Assembly (NCBI GenBank): GCA_033763315.1
Contig: JANRKS010000031.1
Span: 224,001-288,000, forward strand
DNA length: 64,000 nucleotides
Direction of reading: 5' to 3'
Source: Deltaproteobacteria bacterium
GTDB lineage: Bacteria > Myxococcota_A > Polyangia > Fen-1088
Under the pieces are notes generated by a model. It saw only the letters and a list, made by a program, of their open reading frames with translations, made no database searches and had not been told where the DNA came from. Of this stretch, positions 48,643-57,329 are shown piece by piece; position 1 is the stretch's first letter, and each line of letters opens with the position of its first letter. The position numbers were made by a program, and so were the translations under genes.

Positions 48643-49137
48643 ATGTCCGTACGCGACGTCTTACGAAAGCCGCTCGATGCCGGCGGTCACGTGCTCGGCA
48701 ATCTCGGTACACCCGAGACGTCCCGAGATGCAACGTTCACGGACTTGGCTAGTAAACCCAAACCGGTTGCACTTGAGCCTGCACCGGGAACGAGCTTGCT
48801 TGCGGCGCCAGCCGACCACGTGCATTCGAGCCCCACGCCCATGCGCATCCCCGTGGCGGGTTTTGGCATCGTGGGTCCTGGGGCGCGGGTGACGCTCGCC
48901 ACGTTCAAGCGCCTCGATGGGGAGTTGTTCATGCCGGGTGGCTTCGCATTTATCCGGGACGACATCGACGGGGTCACTTGGGAGAACGAAGTCGATGGCG
49001 GCACGAACATCTCCACCTATCACGAACGCACCGCCACCCCGAACGAGCTGCGTTTTCGGCTTCACAACGCGAGCAACAAGTCGTTGACGGTCGAATACGC
49101 GACAGTGGGCTTATCGCTGCCCCGGCAAAACGCGTGA
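48643..49137 (+). CDS. Fibre/spike-like protein, paralogous N-terminus
   Basis: LGNLGTP..RDA and GTSLLAAPADHVHS; different C-domain. Confidence 0.6.
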   Translation: MSVRDVLRKPLDAGGHVLGNLGTPETSRDATFTDLASKPKPVALEPAPGTSLLAAPADHVHSSPTPMRIPVAGFGIVGPGARVTLATFKRLDGELFMPGGFAFIRDDIDGVTWENEVDGGTNISTYHERTATPNELRFRLHNASNKSLTVEYATVGLSLPRQNA

Positions 49138-49191
49138 AAAAATACACGGCCACGAAGGCCGGGTGTGAACAGCCAAGAAGGAGAGCGCAAC

Positions 49192-49467
49192 ATGGTCACA
49201 ACGGCAATCATCTGCCCGCAATGTCAACGCGTCCTGGCCTTGGGTGCAAGGCTTCCTGCCACGTGTTTTGGCGCGATTGCACCCGCAGAGCGCGAACGGC
49301 TCAGTGGCGCCGCTCTCGAGGCTGATGAGCGTAGCCACAAGATGTGCGTGCAAATCGATGTGCAGGTTCCGGATGAACTCAACGCCGAGCAGATGCTGGC
49401 AGAAGTGACACGTATCTACGCTGACCAGATTGCCGCCCTGGGTGCACTTGCATTGGGGCAGCTCTAG
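49192..49467 (+). CDS. Small hypothetical protein with CxxC
   Basis: AAGGAG RBS; ICPQC. Confidence 0.45.
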   Translation: MVTTAIICPQCQRVLALGARLPATCFGAIAPAERERLSGAALEADERSHKMCVQIDVQVPDELNAEQMLAEVTRIYADQIAALGALALGQL

Positions 49468-49555
49468 AAGGAGGGCAACGGCGAACAGAAACGAAAAGCA
49501 CGTGGAGAGTCAAAGGTGGCAAGCGGGGTTTCGAGTAACGAAGGGGTAGGGAACG

Positions 49556-50026
49556 ATGCAAACCGAAGACATTGCGTTGGGTGTGGTCAAGGTGCTTTCG
49601 CCAATCGTGTTGGCGGCCGTGACGTGGGTGACAGCGAAGCTCGGTCAATGGATCAATGCGCGGGTCAAAAACGAATACCTGCGCGGCGTGCTGGCGCGCC
49701 TCGATGACACGGTCTTGTCCGTCGTCCGCGAGGTGCATCAAGTGACCGTGGATGCCCTCAAGGCGTCGACCGTGGATGGCAAGCTGACGCCGGGCGCCCG
49801 TGATGCAGTCAAAGCCGCAGCTATCGGCGCTATAAAATCGCACATTGGCACGAAGGGCCTCTTGGAGTTGGCGCGGGTCCTTGGCATCGATGCCTCCGGC
49901 GTAGAACGCCTCATAGGCACCAAAATCGAGGCCGCTGTGCATGACATCAAGTCCGAGCGACGCGTGCTCAATGGCGTCAATCACGCTGCGCCAGCACTGG
50001 CAGACCTGCCAAATTTTCAGGGTTGA
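49556..50026 (+). CDS. Holin-like protein (LL-H type), paralog 2
   Basis: N-terminal TM, amphipathic helices, KIEAAVHDIK. Confidence 0.7.
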   Translation: MQTEDIALGVVKVLSPIVLAAVTWVTAKLGQWINARVKNEYLRGVLARLDDTVLSVVREVHQVTVDALKASTVDGKLTPGARDAVKAAAIGAIKSHIGTKGLLELARVLGIDASGVERLIGTKIEAAVHDIKSERRVLNGVNHAAPALADLPNFQG

Positions 50027-50262
50027 GGGAGGCCTTGAACGGCGCCGCTTCCCTCAAGCCTGGCACGGGGCGCATCGATTTGACGGCATTCGCGACACTC
50101 GATCGGATGGGAGCGGCGCTCGATTACCAGCAGCGCTTGGCGCGAACGTCGGTCTCGACGTTCGCCCAAGCCTGGGCGGGTTTGTCCAAACTCGACGCAG
50201 GTAGCGGTGGTGGTTGGAGAGCGGATGGCGGTGTGAACGCAGGTTTGCGCTGGTCGTTTTGA
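50023..50262 (+). CDS. Small beta-strand protein ending in LRWSF
   Basis: Overlaps the holin stop; alternating beta pattern. Confidence 0.45.
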   Translation: MREALNGAASLKPGTGRIDLTAFATLDRMGAALDYQQRLARTSVSTFAQAWAGLSKLDAGSGGGWRADGGVNAGLRWSF

Positions 50263-50274
50263 ACGGAGGCAGGG

Positions 50275-50544
50275 ATGCGAGGAGAGAGTCATAGCGACGT
50301 CGAGTACGTAGTCGATTGCCGAGGCACCCAGCGCATCTATGGCACCTTCGACGAAGCGCTATCCGCTGCCTTCGGTGTCGCGGTGTCCTCTGGGCGCGCT
50401 CAGCTCGATGTGTTGATCTACAGCGAAGAAGGTGCCGAGGTGTTTGGGGGCGATTCGGCCGTCGACGAATACAACGAAGATCCGGAAGCGTCCGTCTTTA
50501 GACGCTTCGAGATCAAAGTCAACGACAGGGGGAGGGTGCCTTAG
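50275..50544 (+). CDS. Small acidic hypothetical protein
   Basis: GGAGG RBS. Confidence 0.55.
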   Translation: MRGESHSDVEYVVDCRGTQRIYGTFDEALSAAFGVAVSSGRAQLDVLIYSEEGAEVFGGDSAVDEYNEDPEASVFRRFEIKVNDRGRVP

Positions 50545-50614
50545 GCGTAAGCGTCAATAGCTTTATGTGGCTTGTGGTTGGTTTGGCTTTTGGTGGACGG
50601 GGCAGGAGGAAAAA

Positions 50615-51469
50615 ATGAACGGTACCGAAAAGGTTGTGGCGAAGGGGCGGTTGGATAAAAAGCGTTTCGTGAGCGATGGGCCCTTGCTCGATTCAGAAGT
50701 GGCAGACGTCATAGACGGCCAGCGGCGCTGGGCCTTGGCGGAAGGTGAAGCGGTCAGCGTTTTGCGCGCGTTGCCAGCGGCATCAATCGATGCCGTAATA
50801 ACGGATCCACCTTATTCGAGTGGCGGCTCGCAATCAGCGGGACGCACGGTTCAACCGCCGAGCAAGAAGTACGGGCTCAGCAACGGAGATGGCCACAAGC
50901 GCCCTGATTTTCACGGCGACAACCGCGATCAACGATCGTTTCTTCGTTGGTGCTCGTTGTGGTTGTCCGAGTGCTTGCGTGCTTCGGCTTCTGGCGCTCC
51001 CGTCGTCGTGTTTACGGATTGGCGGCAGTTGCCGACCGTGACGGATGCACTTCAGATAGCGGGATGGGTGTGGCGAGGCATCGCGGTTTGGGACAAGACT
51101 GAAGGCGCGCGGCCACAGATGGGGCGCTTTCGTTCGCAGTGCGAATATATGGTGTGGGGCACGAATGGGCCTTCAGATAGGGCTATCGACAATGCCGTCG
51201 GTGTTCTGCCGGGATGCTTTCGGCATTTCGTCAAGAAGGTCGATCGGTTCCATGTGACTGGCAAACCGACGCCGCTGATGGAGGACGTGGTCAAGATTTG
51301 CCGGCCCAAAGGCGTGGTGCTCGATCCTTTTGCTGGCAGCGGCACCACACTCGTCGCGGCCTTGGCTCAAGGCCGTCGGGCGATCGGATGCGAGTTGTCA
51401 GACGAATATGCCGAGATCGCTCGTGGCCGTTGCTCAAGCGCTGCCGCGGCGACTTCGACAAAGGTGTAA
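50615..51469 (+). CDS. N4/N6 DNA methyltransferase (beta class)
   Basis: ITDPPY motif IV precedes H..GKP and VLDPFAGSGTT motif I. Confidence 0.93.
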   Translation: MNGTEKVVAKGRLDKKRFVSDGPLLDSEVADVIDGQRRWALAEGEAVSVLRALPAASIDAVITDPPYSSGGSQSAGRTVQPPSKKYGLSNGDGHKRPDFHGDNRDQRSFLRWCSLWLSECLRASASGAPVVVFTDWRQLPTVTDALQIAGWVWRGIAVWDKTEGARPQMGRFRSQCEYMVWGTNGPSDRAIDNAVGVLPGCFRHFVKKVDRFHVTGKPTPLMEDVVKICRPKGVVLDPFAGSGTTLVAALAQGRRAIGCELSDEYAEIARGRCSSAAAATSTKV

Positions 51470-51471
51470 GC

Positions 51472-52269
51472 ATGGGTCGCCCAACGCGTGTCGAAGGAAT
51501 CTTTGCGGACGAAGAGCTGCCCATCGTTCATCCCGATAGAACGATTGGCGATAGCGCCGAACTCGTGCCCGGCAATGCTCCGGGAGATCGAGGACCGGTC
51601 AAGGAGATCCTTCGCACGCGTGGCGGTGACGCCCGCGCTCAGCTTCTCACGGTCACCGTCGTAGGCTCTGGTGTATACGAATCAGATCTGCGAGGAGCAT
51701 CGCTTGCGCCTCGTGGGCCTCTCGTGGGCCTCATCGAATGGGGGGTGGGGGGAGCCAAATCGAAGGCGGAGTTCGACATCCCGTTGGGCGGTGTCGTGTT
51801 TTCGGTCGTCGCGAGCTACGTGCATATCGCGGCTCGTTATGACGGGCTTGTGCTCGTCAACGGCTTGCAACTGGATCCGGTTGCAGTCGGAGGCGCCACG
51901 CCAGGCCCTAAACAACGCGTGGGAGCCATGGTCGGGTACGGCTCCTATGGCGCGACAGGGAAGCTTACGCGAACGATTCGCGTGCCCAGTCTTACAGCCG
52001 AGACCGCCGAAGGCCTCAACATCAGCGATAGGGTCCGTATTCCGCCCTTTGCGCGGCGAATGTCGGTGCTGGGGCTGCAACTTGATCTCACGAGCTACCG
52101 CATTCGCTTCGGTACGTTTAGAGATCCGCACGACGGCGATGTGCTGGTGCCGCTTGGGCAACCGCCGCAAGCCATCGAGCTGCCCGGGGACGGAACCTTC
52201 GTCGAAGTTGAGAACCTCGGCCCGACGGTGCTCAGAAATCCCACGTTCGTCTTTGAACTGAAGGTGTGA
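51472..52269 (+). CDS. Two-domain beta-sandwich protein (possible minor capsid/penton)
   Basis: Beta-strand-rich throughout (IEWGVGG..EFDI, VRIPPFARR, FVEVEN..FVFELKV). Confidence 0.45.
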   Translation: MGRPTRVEGIFADEELPIVHPDRTIGDSAELVPGNAPGDRGPVKEILRTRGGDARAQLLTVTVVGSGVYESDLRGASLAPRGPLVGLIEWGVGGAKSKAEFDIPLGGVVFSVVASYVHIAARYDGLVLVNGLQLDPVAVGGATPGPKQRVGAMVGYGSYGATGKLTRTIRVPSLTAETAEGLNISDRVRIPPFARRMSVLGLQLDLTSYRIRFGTFRDPHDGDVLVPLGQPPQAIELPGDGTFVEVENLGPTVLRNPTFVFELKV

Positions 52270-52284
52270 AAGGGGAGGGGAGCT

Positions 52285-52485
52285 ATGACGGACACAAATC
52301 TCTTGCTAGTCGAGGAAGTGGCTTCCATCTGCCGCACGAGCCCAAGCACCGTGCGCTTTTGGATCAAGACCGGCAGACTGAAAAGCGTTCGTCCCGGACA
52401 CCGCCTACTCGTGGCTGCGGCGGAATTGCACAGATTTCTCGGCTTCCGGGCGGGTCGGAAGAAGCGTCTGAACAAGAGTCGCTGA
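52285..52485 (+). CDS. Excisionase-like HTH protein
   Basis: LLLVEEVASICRTSPSTVRFWIKTGRLKSVRPG. Confidence 0.85.
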   Translation: MTDTNLLLVEEVASICRTSPSTVRFWIKTGRLKSVRPGHRLLVAAAELHRFLGFRAGRKKRLNKSR

Positions 52486-52496
52486 AACGGACTTTC

Positions 52497-54356
52497 ATGA
52501 ATCGTGGGTGGCCATACGACGTCGATGATGGGGCGCCGCTGACCGTGGCACCGGGGCCCGACGACGGGGCAATCGACGCGGGCTATGCCATACGCGATGG
52601 CTGCACGGTTCGGATCGACGTCGACCGCAATGGCGATGAACGCGTCGATGTACTGGCCACTTTTGTGGCCCGCATCGAAGAGGAAATTACCATTGACGAT
52701 GGCGTCGACACCTCACGTATCTTTCGCATCTCCTGTCGTCTCAAAGACGGCACAAGGGTCAAAGACGCTCTCGTGCCCGCGTTGGAATTTGAGGGCTTGT
52801 CGTGGGTACTTCGCAACTGGGGTTTGCGCGCGTTGGTGTTTTCGGGGGGAGGGCGGCGCGACCACTTGCGCACGGCCATCCAGTTGATGTCTTGCACCGC
52901 CGGACGGCGAACCGTCTACACGCACACCGGATGGCGGCAAGAAGGCGACGAATGGATCTACCTCTATCAGGGCGGCGCGGTGGGCATCGAAGGCGTCGAA
53001 GTGCGCCTAGATGGGGCGTTCGAGCGTTTTGCGTTGCCCGCACAGACATTGGAGGTTGAACGCGCAATTGCCGCCTCGTTGAGCTTGCTCGATTGTGGCC
53101 CCTCGGAAGTGACCGTGCCGCTTTTGGCAGCCACGTACGCCGCGCCGTTGTCGTTCATTCTGAATCCAGACTTCGCGGTTTGGGTCGTGGGGCTCACTGG
53201 GAGCCTCAAGAGTGAGCTTGCTTCGTTGGCTCAAAGGCATTTTGGACCGTTTACGCGTAAGACCCTGCCGGGGAGCTGGTCATCGACGTCCAACTCCCTC
53301 GAATCTCTGCTTTCGGTGACGAAGGACATGTTGGCAGTCATCGACGATTTTGCCCCTCAAGCGGACGGGCAGACACAGCGTGAGCAGACCAAACGCGCCG
53401 AAGTCATCCTTCGCAACGTCGGCAACCATGCCGGGCGCGGGCGCCTCAAGCCCGATCTGACTCAACGGCCGGTGCGCCCACCGCGAGCACTTGTCTTGTG
53501 TACGGGCGAAGATCATCCGCCAACTCCCTCCATCGTAGCTCGGCTTGTGCTCGTGCAGGTGGATAGAACAAAGCTCGATTTTGCGGCTGTGTCGCGGACG
53601 CAAGCCGAAGGCGAGCGTCTCCCCCACGCCATGCGTGCTTACGTTGAATGGCTGCGCCCGCGCATTGTCGCGCTTAAAGAATCGCTCCCGCGTGAACTTG
53701 CTGAGCTGATGACCACGACGTTTTCATCCGCCACGCTTGGCGGCCACATGCGGGCCCCGAGCGGTCTTGCCACGTTGTATCTGGGACTGCGCACGTTTGC
53801 CGAGTTTGCTGTCGACAATGGGGTGCTCGAAGGAATGCAGGCTCTAAAGCTCCTTGAGGAGGCGAAGGTGGCACTTATCGCCATCGGCAAACGGCAAGCC
53901 GCCCTCGGCGACCCTGAGGGCACCTCGAATGCTCGAACTGATGCCCACACCGAGTCGCCGAGCCAAAGGTTTATTACGGCTCTTCGGGAACTGTTGGCGG
54001 CTGGGCGCGTGTGGCTTGGGTCGAGCGAAGGCTTGCATGCCTGCGGACCGTCGACCGCTTTCGTCGGTTGGTGCAAGGGCGAGGTCGTTCATTTTTTGCC
54101 AGAGCCCGCCCATCGGGCCGTGACTTCGTATCTGCGTGAATGCCGCCGTCCGTTGGTGCTTTCGTGTTCAAAGCTGGTGGAACTGCTCGTGGCTGAAGGC
54201 TTGGTGCTCGACTCGGACACGGCTCACGGTTTTCTCCAGCAAGTAAATGCCGAACGACGCGTCCTCGTGTTGCCGGCCAAGTTGATCTTGCCTGAGAAGG
54301 GGGGGGCAAAACCGCGGCTGTCGATCGTCGCTTCGCCTCAAAGGTTACCGCGATAG
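52497..54356 (+). CDS. DUF927-like replicative helicase/ATPase
   Basis: VYTHTGW, Walker A GLTGSLKS, Walker B AVIDDF, GRGRL, CTGED. Confidence 0.75.
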   Translation: MNRGWPYDVDDGAPLTVAPGPDDGAIDAGYAIRDGCTVRIDVDRNGDERVDVLATFVARIEEEITIDDGVDTSRIFRISCRLKDGTRVKDALVPALEFEGLSWVLRNWGLRALVFSGGGRRDHLRTAIQLMSCTAGRRTVYTHTGWRQEGDEWIYLYQGGAVGIEGVEVRLDGAFERFALPAQTLEVERAIAASLSLLDCGPSEVTVPLLAATYAAPLSFILNPDFAVWVVGLTGSLKSELASLAQRHFGPFTRKTLPGSWSSTSNSLESLLSVTKDMLAVIDDFAPQADGQTQREQTKRAEVILRNVGNHAGRGRLKPDLTQRPVRPPRALVLCTGEDHPPTPSIVARLVLVQVDRTKLDFAAVSRTQAEGERLPHAMRAYVEWLRPRIVALKESLPRELAELMTTTFSSATLGGHMRAPSGLATLYLGLRTFAEFAVDNGVLEGMQALKLLEEAKVALIAIGKRQAALGDPEGTSNARTDAHTESPSQRFITALRELLAAGRVWLGSSEGLHACGPSTAFVGWCKGEVVHFLPEPAHRAVTSYLRECRRPLVLSCSKLVELLVAEGLVLDSDTAHGFLQQVNAERRVLVLPAKLILPEKGGAKPRLSIVASPQRLPR

Positions 54357-54445
54357 CCGACACACATTCCACGAAGTTCTCGGCACCTTCTGGCGGTGCA
54401 GAAGCGAAAACACGACGGTGAATCCACAAAGAAAAGGAAGGCACC

Positions 54446-54781
54446 ATGGTAGGACGTAGAAACGCTGAGCCACCTGATCTGCAGTTTCAAATAAGGCTGA
54501 GTTCAACGATGGCTGGATCCGTTCGGATGCAGTTCGTACCAAGGCCACCGCTACGATCGTTTTACGGGGTCGAGCGTAAACTGGCCGCTGTGATTTATAC
54601 CTTGGCCGCTGAGTTCGAAAGAAGGTCCGAGAGACTCAATGCCAACTGGGTCGTTGTCGCTGAGCCGAGCAGCAACCAGCTGGTAATTGAGCTCGTGGAT
54701 GGCGATCGATTCGAGTTGGCGCTGCAATTCGTTCAACAAACGTTCGGCGACTTCGCGATCGACCATCTGATCGAGACGTAG
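54446..54781 (+). CDS. Hypothetical protein, paralog of 55243..55569
   Basis: AGSVRMQFVPRPP.R.F.G..LA..IY. Confidence 0.6.
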   Translation: MVGRRNAEPPDLQFQIRLSSTMAGSVRMQFVPRPPLRSFYGVERKLAAVIYTLAAEFERRSERLNANWVVVAEPSSNQLVIELVDGDRFELALQFVQQTFGDFAIDHLIET

Positions 54782-54889
54782 GGAGCGACTGGACTGGACC
54801 TCAGCCGCCGCGAACAAGGCGGACCGTCGAAGAGGTCCCATGGCTCAATTCGAGTAGGACCAAAGACCAATCACAACGGAGGGGCGCAT

Positions 54890-55171
54890 ATGAGAGTGAA
54901 GGAATTGATCGAGATTTTGGAGGATCAAGATCCTAATGCCGAGGTCCTGACCATTTCACAGAAAAGCTGGCCTTTTGAATATGAAGTAGCCGGAGTGACG
55001 GCGAGGCGAGAGGTCAGACGTGCAGAACGCGAAGAAAATGGCGAGGAAGATGACAATGATGCTGCTGACGCAGAGGAGGATCGGAGAGAGCGGACGGCGC
55101 CTACCGACGTATTGATCGTTGAAGGTAAGCAGCTGCGTTATGGCTCGAAGGCTGCGTGGCGGGTGGTTTGA
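54890..55171 (+). CDS. Small acidic hypothetical protein
   Basis: MRVKELIEILEDQDPNAEV; GGAGG RBS. Confidence 0.65.
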   Translation: MRVKELIEILEDQDPNAEVLTISQKSWPFEYEVAGVTARREVRRAEREENGEEDDNDAADAEEDRRERTAPTDVLIVEGKQLRYGSKAAWRVV

Positions 55172-55242
55172 TGCACGACGACCCCTAGCCGCACCTTACC
55201 TGGGCGAAAAGAGGGCCGCTTGAACACAAGAAGGAGGCGTTC

Positions 55243-55569
55243 ATGTCGAATAGAAGGAAGGAATGGCGTGAGTTCGTTGTGGTTGTAGGAAGGACGGAAG
55301 CCGGTAGCGTTCGCCTTAAATTCGTGCCTAAGCCACCGCAGCGAGCATTCGATGGGAACTACCGGCAACTTGCCATCGCCATCTACAAGGTCGCCATCGC
55401 ATGTGAGCAGCTATGTCACGACGTCGATCTCAATTTCGTGATTTCCCCAGAGACGTTCAACAATAGGCTGGATATCGAGGCAAGCGGCAGGGTCAGCGAT
55501 GCGTTGGCGCAGGAGTTTGTGGAAAAGGCAATGTTGCGCGCGGGCCTCGAAAACGTCGTCATCGAATAG
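55243..55569 (+). CDS. Hypothetical protein, paralog of 54446..54781
   Basis: AGSVRLKFVPKPP.R.F.G..LA..IY; AGGAGG RBS. Confidence 0.65.
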   Translation: MSNRRKEWREFVVVVGRTEAGSVRLKFVPKPPQRAFDGNYRQLAIAIYKVAIACEQLCHDVDLNFVISPETFNNRLDIEASGRVSDALAQEFVEKAMLRAGLENVVIE

Positions 55570-55787
55570 GAAATTGCGGCGTGATCCCCCGTTCGGATTC
55601 GCCCTGATGGTGCCACCCTGCGCCGTGACACGCAAAGCGCGGGAACGCTGGGGCCTTTGGGGCAAACAGTGGCGAAAGAGCGCTTTGTTTGTCTTCCGAC
55701 TGGACTGTTCAGAGAAGTGGAGCGACGAATCGTCCAAGGGCGATGGGCGAGGGGAAGGCGAAGTCAGCACCACAACGGAGAACATCC

Positions 55788-56489
55788 ATGTCGAAGAAGA
55801 AGTCTGAAACGAAGAAGCCAAAGATCGTTGCGACGATAAAAACCAAGGTGACCAGCAAGGCCGAATCCAAGCGGCCAACACAGGAGGCTTCGTCCGCCAG
55901 ACCCAAAGTGGTTGCAGAAGCCGAGAGCCCTGCGGCCGCCCTTCCGCAATCTTCCTTGGAACTGGTGAAGCCCGCGAGCAATTTCACTGCACCGCTGCCG
56001 GTTTGGGACGCAACGGCAATGCCGGCACTCGCCCCTGAGAGCGAAGCGTCTGTGGCAAAATCCGATCACGGTGGCGACAGGAAACGTGGCATACCGCGAA
56101 CGGCAGATCCGCGCCTTCCACAAGTCCCCACGACTCTGGTGCGCCACGACCGCCACGGGGTGGTCCTGTGCGAATGCAGCGTGGGGCCAGACGGAATTTT
56201 CTATAAGGGCCAACAGTACGGGTCGCTATCGGGAGCTGCCAGCGCGGCGTCGAAGGATCTAGGTCTAAACCCCGTGGTCAACGGCTATGTATTCTTTGGC
56301 CTAGAGAAGCCCGCCCGCGAGCGCACCAGTGACGTGGAGCGGCTTAAGCGGCTCGGTCAACGATACGAAGAACTATTTGGCGCCATGCTGATGGCGCGTG
56401 CGCCAGAGGCAGCGGGAGATAGCATCAAGGAGGAGATCAAGGCACACAAGGAGCGCCTGCAGAAGATTCTCGCACTGGCGGCGGCGTAG
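55788..56489 (+). CDS. Lys-rich protein with C-terminal DUF2924-like domain
   Basis: DPRLP..TTLVR..G.FYKG..YGSLSGAA..NGYVFFGL resembles the C-half of 29000..29488. Confidence 0.7.
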   Translation: MSKKKSETKKPKIVATIKTKVTSKAESKRPTQEASSARPKVVAEAESPAAALPQSSLELVKPASNFTAPLPVWDATAMPALAPESEASVAKSDHGGDRKRGIPRTADPRLPQVPTTLVRHDRHGVVLCECSVGPDGIFYKGQQYGSLSGAASAASKDLGLNPVVNGYVFFGLEKPARERTSDVERLKRLGQRYEELFGAMLMARAPEAAGDSIKEEIKAHKERLQKILALAAA

Positions 56490-56566
56490 TGGTCGTGCGT
56501 TGAGCCGATACTCTGATCCAAAGAAGGAACGCAGAAATCTGGGCCGCGGCCCCTGCGCTGCCTACG

Positions 56567-56953
56567 ACGGATCCGCGGCTGCCGCAGGTTCCAACAACGC
56601 TCGTGCGGCGCGATCGCCGTGGGGTGGTCCAGTGGGAATACTCGGTGGGCCCTGCAGGGATTTTCTATAATGGCCGCAAGTTCCAGTCGCTTTCGGGGTC
56701 GGCCAGTGCAGCGTCCAAAGACCTGGGTCTCAACCCGGTGGTCAATGGCTACGTATTTTTTCAACTGGCCAAACCCGCACGTGCGAAGCTCGGTGACGTC
56801 GAACGTCAAAGGCGCATAGGTAGTCGATACGAGGAGCAGCTTGGCGCCATGCGTATGGCACGCGCGGGCGAAGAGCCGGACATGGCATAGGCGGAGGAGA
56901 TAGAAGCGCACACGCAACGCCACCGAAAGAGTTTTTCGGTGAACGCGGAGTAG
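56567..56953 (+). pseudogene. Truncated tandem duplicate of the DUF2924-like domain
   Basis: Collinear with about 56100-56489; lacks a start; premature TAG at 56888-56890. Confidence 0.75.
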
Positions 56954-57329
56954 GGGCCATCCGGTAGGGGCCAGCCGGTCAACTCGCAATCATCGGGTCG
57001 GCTGGCGACGGAGGCATCTGCGGCGTTCGCTCGTGGTGATGGTGTATGGCCACTCTGAATGGCAATCGAAAACGGCGCTTCAATGAATTTTCGGGCGTGC
57101 CGAAAGCTTTGCGGCCACCTTTTTGAGGGCAAGTACATCAAGCGCGCTCGCTCAAGACCGCCTCCGTGATCGCGAAAAGATTCGACAGCCGGTGCGGAGA
57201 CGCCCGTGTCGAGCTCAGGGCCGCGCAGAGGGGGGCACCGCGTACCAGCGCGCCGCGACGTTACCCAAAGCCGAGGGGGCCCCGGTGCGGGCCGGAGGAC
57301 CATTGGGCTCGACCAAATCTCCGTTGCTG

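Larger units (their letters stand above)
28783..56953. mobile_element. Integrated tailless virus-like element (provirus); boundaries approximate
   Basis: DUF2924 + large serine recombinase at left, DUF2924-like genes at right; internal capsid-like, protease, lysis, spike, MTase, excisionase and helicase genes, mostly co-oriented. att sites not identified. Confidence 0.75.

Noticed and set aside
52266-52496. N-terminal extension of the helicase ORF
   Set aside because: Overlaps a clear excisionase gene in another frame.
52497-54356. Packaging ATPase of the provirus
   Set aside because: Motifs and size fit DUF927/Cch-like replicative helicases rather than the FtsK/A32 family; a structure search should confirm.
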